This document shows positions 49,463-59,446 of a DNA stretch of 64,000 bases, piece by piece. The DNA comes from Spirochaetota bacterium (lineage in GTDB: Bacteria > Spirochaetota > UBA4802 > UBA5550), in contig CAXXHB010000003.1 of the NCBI GenBank assembly GCA_963664815.2, forward strand, positions 704,001 to 768,000. Direction: 5' to 3'. The notes below the pieces were generated by a model, which did not search any database, was not told the DNA's origin, and worked only from the letters and a program-made list of their open reading frames with translations. Each line of letters begins with the position of its first letter. Positions within the stretch are counted from its first letter, which is position 1. The position numbers and the translations under genes are program-made.

Positions 49463-50419
49463 TTATCTTGGTTTGCCGAAATAACAGGGGAATACTTCGT
49501 TTCCTGCAGATTTTGTTATATTGAAAAAGCCCGTACCATCAATGCCGATCCTGTAGATATCACATATGCCGGTTCCGCTATAATTACAATGAAATATTAT
49601 CTCATCTCCACCCGGTGAAACAGAAGGCCTGAAATTGCCTGCCGCGACAGACAATTCACCTGTCAGCAGACCCTGGTAACTGCCATCAAGCATAACAACA
49701 TATACATCCTGTCTGGTGGCAGATTGAACACAAAAAATCTTTTTCCCGTCAGGGGTCCATGTGGGCCACCAGTATCTGTATGATGCGTTTGTGTTGTTTG
49801 TAATGTTAGCAGGGATTGTACTGCTGCCATCGGAATTAATAATATAAATATTCCTGTAACTATTATACATCGAACTGAATGCAATCATGCTTCCGTCAGG
49901 AGACCATGATGGGTCCATTTCAGACGTGTCTACACCCAGGCTTGTAAGCTGCGTTACGTTTCCTCCATCGCTATCCATAAGGTAAAGCTCATAAAAACCT
50001 GTACGGTTTGAATAAAAAACTATCCGTTTACCGTCCGGTGACCAGGTGGGGCCATCGTCAATAGTGCTGTTGTCTGTCAGTTGTACAAGGTTGCTCCCGT
50101 CAGGATTAATTGCATAGATGTCTCTGTTGCCGCTCCGGTCCGATGAAAAAAGAATTCTGCTGCCGTCGGATGACCATGAATGAGAATAGTCAATCCAGTT
50201 CCCGGATGTTATCTGCTTTTCGTTGCTTCCATCATCATCAATAACAAACAGGTTGTAATAAGACCCGTTAACCTGCCTGGCAAAAACCAGCAGGTTATTA
50301 TTGTATTCTCTGGAGCATGACAATATGAAAAAAAGCGAAGTTATTATTATAACCGGCACTATTATTTTTTTCTGAATAATGCCCCCGGCGGCAGCTGTTT
50401 TTAATTCATAGGTTTCCAT
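49463..50419 (-). CDS. TolB-like PD40-repeat lipoprotein
   Basis: ILSC lipobox; repeated PxWSPDGxxIxFxS. Confidence 0.85.
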   Translation of the reverse strand: METYELKTAAAGGIIQKKIIVPVIIITSLFFILSCSREYNNNLLVFARQVNGSYYNLFVIDDDGSNEKQITSGNWIDYSHSWSSDGSRILFSSDRSGNRDIYAINPDGSNLVQLTDNSTIDDGPTWSPDGKRIVFYSNRTGFYELYLMDSDGGNVTQLTSLGVDTSEMDPSWSPDGSMIAFSSMYNSYRNIYIINSDGSSTIPANITNNTNASYRYWWPTWTPDGKKIFCVQSATRQDVYVVMLDGSYQGLLTGELSVAAGNFRPSVSPGGDEIIFHCNYSGTGICDIYRIGIDGTGFFNITKSAGNEVFPCYFGKPR

Positions 50420-50557
50420 TAAATCTTATTTTCCATTTATACGCTATTATATAATATACCCTGCCGGATTAATCCGGTAGAACGATTCTGCTTAACAGCC
50501 TGAATCGGATGACAGCACTTTATTCTTATCAATTATAGCGGATATATTATTTGCTGT

Positions 50558-50591
50558 CCGGCAAAATTCTGATATATCAGAATTTTGCCGG
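50558..50591. repeat. Perfect 34-bp palindrome downstream of the kce operon
   Basis: CCGGCAAAATTCTGATATATCAGAATTTTGCCGG. Confidence 0.85.
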
Positions 50592-50632
50592 TCGGTATGG
50601 TATGTTTGTACGGCTGTGTTACTGGTGTGTTT

Positions 50633-51658
50633 TTATTTTTTCTTTTTTTTCAAATCTGCAAACATTGCAATATTTGCAGCTTCATACTTATATCTGCCGT
50701 TTTCAATTCCTTTGACTATCTCAACGACTTTATCATTGTATGGAGTCGGAACTTTATATTTTCTTCCATATTCACAAACAACGCCGTTTATAGCGTCAAT
50801 TTCGCATTTTTTACCTTTTTCCAGATCCTGAAGCATGCTTGCTTTTAATTTTGCATGGGCTTTGATTGCAATTGGTATAATGAAGGATGAAAACTTTTTC
50901 TTCAGAAAATTATTGTAATCGAGAAGTCTGACAATATCTTTCCCCTGTACCGGTTCAATTTTTATTCCGGCAGCGCGTGATACATCAATGCACTCCTTCA
51001 TAATCGCCTGCGCGCATTCCCTTGATGCCTTTTCCTTTGCAACCACTCCAAATGTTTCGCCGAGAACCGTTGACATTCCGCTGCAGGCGGCATTAATCAA
51101 TAACTTGGACCAGCGGACACCCATAAAATTCTTTTCAACCTCCACCGGGCACATAAGCTCCAGAATTCTTTTTACCTCAGTCAATTTATCATCTATAATT
51201 CCATTCATCCTCCCAAGACTGAAAGTCAGGCTCTCCGGCTGTGAGGTAAGCTCAGATATTCCCGGGCCAGTAAGCGTGGCCCCCCATGCAACGGCGCAAC
51301 CCATAACCCTCTCTTCGCCTACAACATCGGCTACTGAAAGCTCCGGGAGTCCGTTCTGAAGCGTGCATATAATTCCATCACTCTGCAGGTAGGGTTTCAG
51401 ACTCTCAACAACCCCCCTGTTGTCAAGCTGCTTGGTCAGAAGAAAGATCAGGTCGTACTTTCCTCTCATCTCATCCGGCGTAAGTGCATTCACAGGAACA
51501 GTGAAACTGACAGTTCCTGTTATCTGCGCCCCGTTTTTTTTCAAAGCGCTGATATGCTCCGCATATTGATCGATAAGATCAACCTGTCCTCCGGATCTGG
51601 AGATATATGCTCCCAGAACTGTACCCATTGAACCTGATCCGAAAATAGCTGTTCTCAT
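50633..51658 (-). CDS. Ketopantoate reductase (ApbA/PanE)-family oxidoreductase
   Basis: GSGSMG, LQNGL, WSKLLIN and SMLQDLEKGKKCEIDAING motifs. Confidence 0.9.
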   Translation of the reverse strand: MRTAIFGSGSMGTVLGAYISRSGGQVDLIDQYAEHISALKKNGAQITGTVSFTVPVNALTPDEMRGKYDLIFLLTKQLDNRGVVESLKPYLQSDGIICTLQNGLPELSVADVVGEERVMGCAVAWGATLTGPGISELTSQPESLTFSLGRMNGIIDDKLTEVKRILELMCPVEVEKNFMGVRWSKLLINAACSGMSTVLGETFGVVAKEKASRECAQAIMKECIDVSRAAGIKIEPVQGKDIVRLLDYNNFLKKKFSSFIIPIAIKAHAKLKASMLQDLEKGKKCEIDAINGVVCEYGRKYKVPTPYNDKVVEIVKGIENGRYKYEAANIAMFADLKKKKK

Positions 51659-51697
51659 TTTAATTTCTCCTTATTATGCTGATAGTCAGCACTGATT

Positions 51698-51722
51698 GTC
51701 ATTCCCGCGAAGGCGGGAATCC
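51698..51722. repeat. REP/dRS3-like palindrome
   Basis: GTCATTCCCGCGAAGGCGGGAATCC (ATTCCC-N8-GGGAAT). Confidence 0.7.
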
Positions 51723-51740
51723 TTTTTTTACGATATAAAG

Positions 51741-53699
51741 TCACTGTAGCTGCGGCAGAACAGACTCGAAAAAGTCTAGTATCTCCGGATTAGCCAGCGC
51801 GTCACGGTTGGTCACTTTACGGCCGTTGAGGATATTGGCGATTGCGCTCTCGACTTTTTTTCCGTTCATTGTACGGGGGATATCGGGAGCAGATAATATG
51901 ACCTCCGGCACATGACGCGGAGAGGCATTCTCCCTCAGGGTTTTTCTGATTGCCTTATCAATATCGGGAGTCAGTTCATTCCCCCCCTTCATTTTTACGA
52001 AAAGCACAATGCGCTGGTTGCCGTGGTATTCCTGCCCTATGGCCAGGCTGTCTTCGATGGAGTCTATTTTCTGAACCTGGTTGTAGATCTCAGATGTGCC
52101 TATACGCACACCCGAAGGTTTGAGCACGGCATCGGAACGTCCGTAATATGTTATCCCCCCGGTATCGGAGTGAATCACAATATAGTCGCCGTGATGCCAG
52201 ATGCCGGGATAAACGCGGAAATAGGCGTCCAGGTAGCGGCTGCCGTCGGGGTCATCCCAGAATCCGACAGGCATGGATGGGGAGGGTGCCTCACAGACAA
52301 GCTCACCCTGCTCATCTTTTAAAGGTCTTCCATTTTCGTCATAACAGTTTATTTTCATCCCGAGACCTGCACTCTGCAGCTCACCTGAATATACCGGGCT
52401 GATGGGGCTGGCTGTACAGAAACAACCGTTGATGTCTGTTCCCCCCGCTATGGAGTTGAAAAACAGGTCATTCTTGATTTCCCTGTATACAAAATCAAAG
52501 CCGGCATCGGAAAGGGCCGATCCGGTCTGTGAAATCTCACGCAGTGCGCTGAGATCTGCTGAATTCTTCGGAGAGAAGCCTTCGGACATCAGCGCATGAA
52601 TATAGCTGGCGCTCAGGCCGAAAACCGTAACCTTTTCCTCTTCCAGCACCCTCCATATGGAGGAGGTTTCAGGCCAGGATGGATTTCCGTCATAGAGGAC
52701 AACCGTACAGCCGGTGCCTATTGCAGCCAGCTGCCAGTTCCACATCATCCAGCTGCAGGTGGTGATATAAAGCAGCCGGTCCGATGGTTTCAGATCTGTA
52801 TGGAGCAGCAGCTCCTTCAATTGATTGATCAGCAGCCCGCCCGCCGACTGTACCATGCATTTAGGCTTGCCTGTGGTGCCGGATGAAAACATAACCACGA
52901 GAGGATGTCCGGAAGGGAGCTGTTCAAAAACAAAATCCGCAGGGGCCTTAACGGCCAGATAATCCTCCCATCGTACACCACCGGGGATATTGCCGGTTTT
53001 ACTGCTGTCACCGGCGTAATGAGCTACTATAACCTTTTCTACTGAGTTGATCCCTGCAGCAACAAGTCCTGCGTTTTCCAGAACATCAAAGCTTTTTCCC
53101 TTGTAATAATAACCATCGGCGGTGAGCAGAATCCTCGGTTTTACCTGGCCAAGACGATCGATGGCTGCTGTATAGCCGATGTCGGTTGCGCATGAGCACC
53201 AGACAGCACCTGTTGCGGCTGCTGCGAGCATTCCGATAACTGTTTCAGGCATATTCGGCATATATGCGGCTATTGTATCACCGGCTTTAATACCATCGGC
53301 ACGAAAAGCGGTTGCAAGGCGTACTACATTGTTATACAGCTCCCTGTGCGAAAGTTCCAACCTTGTCTCGTTTTCACCGCGGAATATAAGGGCCGGGCCA
53401 TCAAGCTCTGAGTAACGGAGTAAATTCTCGGCATAATTGAGCATCGCACCGGGGAACCAGTCTGCACCCGGCAGCTTTTCCGGATCTTTAACAGGAGTAA
53501 GATATGGCCGGGAGACAATGATTTCAAAAAACTGCCAGAGTGTATCCCAGAATTCAGGTATATTTTTGACAGACCAGTCGTAAAGAGCCGGGTAATCATG
53601 CAGTTCAAGAGAATGTTTTTTATTCACATAGCAGATAAATTCAAACATTTTAGTACTCCTGATGTATTCATCGGAGGGTTTCCATAACATATTCCTCAT
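51741..53699 (-). CDS. Acetoacetate--CoA ligase
   Basis: SSGTTGKPKC, TCSWMMWNW, GGTDINGCF, WHHGDY and GRSDAVLKPSGVRIGTSEIY. Confidence 0.92.
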   Translation of the reverse strand: MRNMLWKPSDEYIRSTKMFEFICYVNKKHSLELHDYPALYDWSVKNIPEFWDTLWQFFEIIVSRPYLTPVKDPEKLPGADWFPGAMLNYAENLLRYSELDGPALIFRGENETRLELSHRELYNNVVRLATAFRADGIKAGDTIAAYMPNMPETVIGMLAAAATGAVWCSCATDIGYTAAIDRLGQVKPRILLTADGYYYKGKSFDVLENAGLVAAGINSVEKVIVAHYAGDSSKTGNIPGGVRWEDYLAVKAPADFVFEQLPSGHPLVVMFSSGTTGKPKCMVQSAGGLLINQLKELLLHTDLKPSDRLLYITTCSWMMWNWQLAAIGTGCTVVLYDGNPSWPETSSIWRVLEEEKVTVFGLSASYIHALMSEGFSPKNSADLSALREISQTGSALSDAGFDFVYREIKNDLFFNSIAGGTDINGCFCTASPISPVYSGELQSAGLGMKINCYDENGRPLKDEQGELVCEAPSPSMPVGFWDDPDGSRYLDAYFRVYPGIWHHGDYIVIHSDTGGITYYGRSDAVLKPSGVRIGTSEIYNQVQKIDSIEDSLAIGQEYHGNQRIVLFVKMKGGNELTPDIDKAIRKTLRENASPRHVPEVILSAPDIPRTMNGKKVESAIANILNGRKVTNRDALANPEILDFFESVLPQLQ

Positions 53700-53768
53700 A
53701 ATACTGATCCTCACTTCATGTGATAAAAATATTTTTCTGATTTATATCCAATTACAACCGGAATCATT

Positions 53769-54635
53769 TTATCTTTTTAATCCGATAATTTCCCTTGCTT
53801 CTTTGGGATTTGCGACTTCTCTCCCTATTGATTGTACTGCATTAACCGCCCATTCCACCAGTTCATAGTTCCCTTTTGCAAGTTCTCCATTGGGCATTCG
53901 TGTATTGTCTTCAAGACCCACTCGGATATTTCCGCCGGCAATAAGGGACTGCAGGCATGCAGGGAACTCATCTGTACCTACACCGCAGGTTGAGAAATTT
54001 GAATCAGGCGGAAGCGCGTTCACCATAGTCATAAAGGAATCGGGCCTGAATCTCTGGCCGCCGGCAACACCCCATACAAAATTGATGTTATAGGGTTTGC
54101 TGAAAAAGCCCTGTTTGCTTATAACAAGGAAATTATCAAGTCCACCTATATCATATACTTCCAGTTCCGGTTTGACATTATTACTTTCCATTGCCTTGCC
54201 GAAATTCTGCAGCATTGTAAAGGTATTTGTAAATATGGCGTCATAGATTATATTGCCAGTTTTACGGTCGAGAAAGCTGAAGTTCATAGTATTGGTGTTC
54301 AGTGATGCCATTTCAGGTTTTATTTCAATAATCTGGGCTATCCTTTCATCGGCCGTTGCGTTCGGCCCGACGGCCGAGCTTAATTGTACAATTGCCTCGG
54401 GAACCCTGTCTTTTATTGCATTGTATGTATCCCTGATCCGCTGAATTTCATGAGTAGGCATGCCGTCATCTCTCTTTGCGTGGACATGAATTACGGAGGC
54501 ACCTGCCTTAAAGGCTTTTTCTGAAGCATCGGCAGCCTCTTCGGGAGTATATGGAACCGCAGGATTATTCTGCTTGAATGTGCCGACACCTGATATTGCC
54601 ACTGTAATGATTACTTTGCTGTTTTCTTTATCCAT
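53769..54635 (-). CDS. Beta-keto acid cleavage enzyme (BKACE/Kce, DUF849)
   Basis: KVIITVA, NPAVPYTPEE, HVH metal motif, PEMASLN and RVGLEDN. Confidence 0.92.
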   Translation of the reverse strand: MDKENSKVIITVAISGVGTFKQNNPAVPYTPEEAADASEKAFKAGASVIHVHAKRDDGMPTHEIQRIRDTYNAIKDRVPEAIVQLSSAVGPNATADERIAQIIEIKPEMASLNTNTMNFSFLDRKTGNIIYDAIFTNTFTMLQNFGKAMESNNVKPELEVYDIGGLDNFLVISKQGFFSKPYNINFVWGVAGGQRFRPDSFMTMVNALPPDSNFSTCGVGTDEFPACLQSLIAGGNIRVGLEDNTRMPNGELAKGNYELVEWAVNAVQSIGREVANPKEAREIIGLKR

Positions 54636-54700
54636 ACTGTTATCTCCTTGAAATTTTTATGGTTGTTTATATTATTATATATATCATAATAAAATTCATA

Positions 54701-54754
54701 TTGAGCGTGCTCAAAGAAAAGAAGAATGTCAATAAAAAAACTGAGCGCGCTCAA
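54701..54754. promoter_or_regulatory. Paired TetR operators TGAGCGYGCTCA flanking a -35 box
   Basis: TTGAGCGTGCTCAA at 54701-54714 and CTGAGCGCGCTCAA at 54741-54754; minus-strand TTGACA at 54727-54732. Confidence 0.8.
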
Positions 54755-54860
54755 ATTAATTATATACTAATTGCTTAAAGATTTTTTTGTTGCTTTACAC
54801 TTACTGTTTTTTAGGATATTCATGTGGTAAAAATCATTACAAAATATAAAAGGATTTACT

Positions 54861-55490
54861 GTGGAAAACGTTAAGGAGAAAATCCTCAATACATCAAAGG
54901 ATTTATTCATTATTCATGGCTATAAAAACACAACAACCAGGCAGATTATAGCCCAGGCAGGGATTCTGAACGGCACCCTTTATCATTTTTTCAAAAATAA
55001 GGAGGAAATATTTAAATACATAGTTCTGGGAGTGCTTGATGAACTGGCTGAAACCGTTGAAAGGCTGACAATAAAGGATAAAAGCCCTGCATTAAAATAC
55101 GCGTGTATAATCGCCATAGATTTTTATACCGTTAAAAAGCATAAACATATTGCGGAATTATATTATGAAGCATACAGTCTATGGACTATATTCAATGCCC
55201 TTGTAAAGAGGGCATCCATAAGAAATAAGTCACTCTTTCAGATATATAATCCAGATTCAACTGATGAGGATTTTTATCTGAAAACCACAATCGTTGAAGG
55301 AGCAATGTATGGATTTATAACTGATAATTATCATAAAGGTGACATATCTTATAATAAAAGTATCATAGCTATATTGAGACTATCTTTAACTATTTTCAAT
55401 GTACCTGAAAAAGAGATTGAAAATGCCATTACCAAATCCCTTGAACTTATAAAAAGGAAAAAATTTGAAATTATGGGATTCACCATCTGA
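54861..55490 (+). CDS. TetR-family regulator divergent from the kce operon
   Basis: KEKILNTSKDLF...GTLYHFFKNKEEIF. Confidence 0.92.
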   Translation: MENVKEKILNTSKDLFIIHGYKNTTTRQIIAQAGILNGTLYHFFKNKEEIFKYIVLGVLDELAETVERLTIKDKSPALKYACIIAIDFYTVKKHKHIAELYYEAYSLWTIFNALVKRASIRNKSLFQIYNPDSTDEDFYLKTTIVEGAMYGFITDNYHKGDISYNKSIIAILRLSLTIFNVPEKEIENAITKSLELIKRKKFEIMGFTI

Positions 55491-55635
55491 AAACTGCCTG
55501 AGGTTTTTTATGGAATCAGTGCAGGTAATTCGCCATGGCTGAGAGCATACAGAACAGTTAAGTACAAAAATCAGGAAATTATTATGAAGCTAAAAAGTGT
55601 CTGTTTTAAAAACAGACTGTACAGTACTCCCGGAA

Positions 55636-57369
55636 TTATCTTGCAATAAGAACTTTCTGGTTATCAAGCAAAATTGTACTGCCGCTGCTGTAGCCTTTGG
55701 CATAAAAATGGATATAGTAGATTCCATTTCCCAGTATATTCCCCGATTTATTATTCCCTTTCCATCCGTTCTCCTTAATGTTTTCACCGCTGCGCCTGAA
55801 TGCATTATCAAGAAGAACTGACACCGTATTACCACCTTCATCAATGACAGAGAGTGTGACATAGGCATCCTCTGTAAGATAGTAGCATGGATATGCCCTC
55901 GTGTTATCATCTGTAATGACATTGTTGAGGATATATGTCGGTTTTTGCGCTATAATTGAAGGTGTACCGACAAGATATGTCCATTCTGCCAGATTCGGGT
56001 CGGTATCAGAGTCCCTGTCAACAAAGGTAGATACGCCATTATTTCTCAGTTCAACAATAAAGCGTACAGCTGCACCATTTTTAATAATCTGATTTTTACC
56101 TGTTGAAGGGACTGTCGGCAGATACGCTGTCCATTTGTTTGTACCGGTATTAACTGCAGCAACTGAATCCAGATTTGCCCCCAGACCGGAAGTGTTCGGG
56201 ACAAGCAGCGCTGTCAACATATTAAGCGGCTCAGTGGATACCGGGGCAAACCAGACATAGCAGGCATCCGGCTGCTGGGTTGAAGCAACTGTGTATATGG
56301 AAACAACTGTGTTCGTTTCTCTTAATGGTCTGAGGGCATTATTAGTCAGGTTGGTAAAATCGCTGTAACTTGTTATACCGTCAGATATTGTCACAGAAAG
56401 AGAATAGGGAAGTGTTGTTACGTTTCTCAGTGAGCCTGCCGGAGGCCATGCATTTGTATAACTGACTTCGTTGCCGAATACATCAACGGCAGTAATATAA
56501 AAACTATAGGCTGTTAAAATTTCAAGGTTTGGAATTGAAGTATATTTCCAGCTGTTTGAATCGAAGTGTTTTGAAGCATCACTCACCGGATAAGGGGGAC
56601 CGGGATTATTGGTCAATCCGCGGAGTGTCGAGTCGTTGGTACCGTTCCATAGTTTATAAGAAGAATCCGTATTCGCTTTGTAATAGATCCTGTATTCGTA
56701 AAAATCCTGTGCAACTACTGTTGATGTATCTACAGGATCCCAGTACAGGGTCAGTGATGTCTGAGTTACTGATTTACCTTCAAGGCTTATAACCGCGTTA
56801 CCCGTTGTCGGCGGGTTATCACGATTCCAGTAAACTGAATTTGAAGCACTTGAAGCCAGGCTTGAGACATAATCTCCGCCGGCAGCAGTCACATTGTACG
56901 TCCATTGTACTGTTGAAGGTGAAGCTATCCAGCCTGTAAGAAAACCTGATGAATTGTCATATGGAACGGCTCCTGTCGCAGTATAGGAGCCTGATGGGAT
57001 TGTCACTGTGAATGTTCCGGTATTTGTACTATCCGTATATGTAACGGTAAACTGAACATCCCCATACATCGGCGAACCATATGTTGTCCCGCCATCTAAG
57101 CTCATTTCTGCAGTTAATTCAATCTCTGTTCCTGAAAAACCGTAACCTCTGTAGTAGGTGGAAAATGTGTATGGTGAGCTGCTTGTCGGGCCAAGTCCTA
57201 TCCCGCCAACAAAGCGTATACCGGTTACCTTCACAAGGTATGGAGGTGTTCCTGCTGACAATGTCTGTTTGGTGTTATAGCCGGATACCAGGGATATAAG
57301 AATCAATATTAAGACTAATATTAATGTTCTCTTATAATTCCTGATGTATTTAAAATTTGTTATATGCAT
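55636..57369 (-). CDS. Exported Ser/Thr-rich protein with an FN3-like and a C-terminal FlgD-Ig-like domain
   Basis: N-terminal hydrophobic segment; TSLTLYWD...YSFYITAVDVFGN; WKGNNKSGNILGNGIYYI. Confidence 0.7.
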   Translation of the reverse strand: MHITNFKYIRNYKRTLILVLILILISLVSGYNTKQTLSAGTPPYLVKVTGIRFVGGIGLGPTSSSPYTFSTYYRGYGFSGTEIELTAEMSLDGGTTYGSPMYGDVQFTVTYTDSTNTGTFTVTIPSGSYTATGAVPYDNSSGFLTGWIASPSTVQWTYNVTAAGGDYVSSLASSASNSVYWNRDNPPTTGNAVISLEGKSVTQTSLTLYWDPVDTSTVVAQDFYEYRIYYKANTDSSYKLWNGTNDSTLRGLTNNPGPPYPVSDASKHFDSNSWKYTSIPNLEILTAYSFYITAVDVFGNEVSYTNAWPPAGSLRNVTTLPYSLSVTISDGITSYSDFTNLTNNALRPLRETNTVVSIYTVASTQQPDACYVWFAPVSTEPLNMLTALLVPNTSGLGANLDSVAAVNTGTNKWTAYLPTVPSTGKNQIIKNGAAVRFIVELRNNGVSTFVDRDSDTDPNLAEWTYLVGTPSIIAQKPTYILNNVITDDNTRAYPCYYLTEDAYVTLSVIDEGGNTVSVLLDNAFRRSGENIKENGWKGNNKSGNILGNGIYYIHFYAKGYSSGSTILLDNQKVLIAR

Positions 57370-57741
57370 TTGAACTTATCTATAAAATAATTTATACCGA
57401 TACATTTGTAAAAATCTCAATTGTTCTTCTATAATAAGCTAAAGAATAAATACTATAATTAATTGGAAAATGGCAATAAAAAAAGATACTTTTAATTTTC
57501 ATTTTCGAAAATTAAAAAAATTTAAATCAACATGGAATTATTTGTGTAAAAATTATCTGTTTATTTATTGAAACATTATGCTTTGACTTTATTACGGATG
57601 TAATATATGTTTTAATTTTATACAGAGACTGTCAGGAAGCTTATTTTTTAATATTATACTATATATTTGTTTTGTGAAAAGAGATTTTTGGTAATTTTAT
57701 ATAAATCTTAAATATAAGAAATATATTCTGGAGATCCGGCA

Positions 57742-59058
57742 ATGATAAGGTTAAAACCGTTTATTATGATCATAACAGTTTTATTTCTCCTTCCCGGTTG
57801 CACAGTGGGGAGTAAATCTTCCGGCGATGCATCTGCCCAGGACACTACTTACGGCAACAGCGGTATAGTCCGCTATGCCGGGAAGGGATATTATGACCAG
57901 AGTTTATCTTTAATATCGAATTCTTCAGGGCAGATTTTTGCAACAGGCTACACAACAGATTCCGGAAATACTCAGCTAATGGCTTTATGGAAATATACCT
58001 CGGACGGGGTGCTGGACACAACATTCGGCAACAGCGGAGTCGCCACTTACTCCGGCGGAAGTTATGATGTAGGCAACAGGGCAATAATTGACAGTTCAGG
58101 CAGGATTTTAGTTGTCGGCTACAGTGGTTTGAATATGGCAATCTGGAGATACACATCAGGAGGTGTGCTGGATTCGACTTTCGGCAACAGTGGAATTGTT
58201 ACATATTCCGGTGATGGTAATCTCGCCCGGGGAAACGGTATAATCGTTAATAGTTCCGGTTATATTATTGCTTCAGGATTCAGCCTGAATTCTGACAAAC
58301 ATATTGTAATGACCATCTGGAAATACACATCTGCCGGTACAGCTGCCTCGTCATTCGGCACAGGGAGTGTTGTTTCATATTCCGGCACAGGGAATAATGA
58401 TTGCAGCAACGCAATTACCCTGGACAGTTCAAATAATATCTACGTGGCCGGTTACAGCGTTAATGCTAAAAAGCAGAATATGATGGCTGTGTGGAAATAC
58501 ACATCTGCCGGTGGAGCTGACTCGTCATTCGGCACAGGTGGTGTTGTCTTATATTCAGGTACCGGGAATAATGATTGCAGTACTGCGATTACCCTGGACA
58601 GTTCGAATAATGTTTACGTTGCCGGTTACAGCTACAGTTCAGATAGTCAGATGATGGTTATCAGAAAATACACTTCCGGAGGTATACCTGATTCATCTTT
58701 CGGTACAGGCGGGACTGTTAATTACACCGGAAGTGGAGTCATCAATTACGGTTCAGGAATCAGTATTGACGGGTCGGGTAATATATTTGTAACAGGGTCC
58801 GCCGATTCTGATAGTCTGCAGCAGATGACAATATGGAAGTACAACTCTAATGGAAGTACTGATACATCATTTGGATCGGGCGGATTGGTTACATACTATG
58901 TTTCAGATTATTACGATCATAGTAATGATATTGTTCTTGATAACTCCGGCCGTATACTTGTCACCGGTTACAGGTTAAATTCAGAGAAAAAAACCATGAT
59001 GGTTTTATGGCGTTATAACTCAAACGGAACACTGGACAGTACTTTCAATCCTTTATAA
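57742..59058 (+). CDS. Delta-60-repeat-like beta-propeller lipoprotein
   Basis: LPGC lipobox; about 7 WKYTSxGxLDxxFGxxGxV repeats. Confidence 0.85.
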   Translation: MIRLKPFIMIITVLFLLPGCTVGSKSSGDASAQDTTYGNSGIVRYAGKGYYDQSLSLISNSSGQIFATGYTTDSGNTQLMALWKYTSDGVLDTTFGNSGVATYSGGSYDVGNRAIIDSSGRILVVGYSGLNMAIWRYTSGGVLDSTFGNSGIVTYSGDGNLARGNGIIVNSSGYIIASGFSLNSDKHIVMTIWKYTSAGTAASSFGTGSVVSYSGTGNNDCSNAITLDSSNNIYVAGYSVNAKKQNMMAVWKYTSAGGADSSFGTGGVVLYSGTGNNDCSTAITLDSSNNVYVAGYSYSSDSQMMVIRKYTSGGIPDSSFGTGGTVNYTGSGVINYGSGISIDGSGNIFVTGSADSDSLQQMTIWKYNSNGSTDTSFGSGGLVTYYVSDYYDHSNDIVLDNSGRILVTGYRLNSEKKTMMVLWRYNSNGTLDSTFNPL

Positions 59059-59446
59059 AGAAATGCCATTTACTCAAAATAATATGTGATTTGCAGAACC
59101 ATCCTTTAGACTGGAAGCCGGGATATAAAAAATTTTTAGTTTCCGGTGGTTTGACTTTGCTCGTAACAGGTAAGATTACATTCGTAGTACAACTGATGCA
59201 TTTAATGAAAATATCTGCGTTTAACCTGTAAATTGCATCCCGCTTTAAATCCATTCGCTTTTAATGATTATCCTGCTGAAAAATGATGTTTATTCTTCTT
59301 TAATAAAGTTTGAAACGGCAACAGAAACTGATTATAATAATTAATAATGACACCCTAAATGATAAATACAGATGCATGAGCCGGCAGGTTTTTCATAAGT
59401 CGCGGCATGAGGGTTTTACTGTTTATATATTTGAATGAGGTAAACT

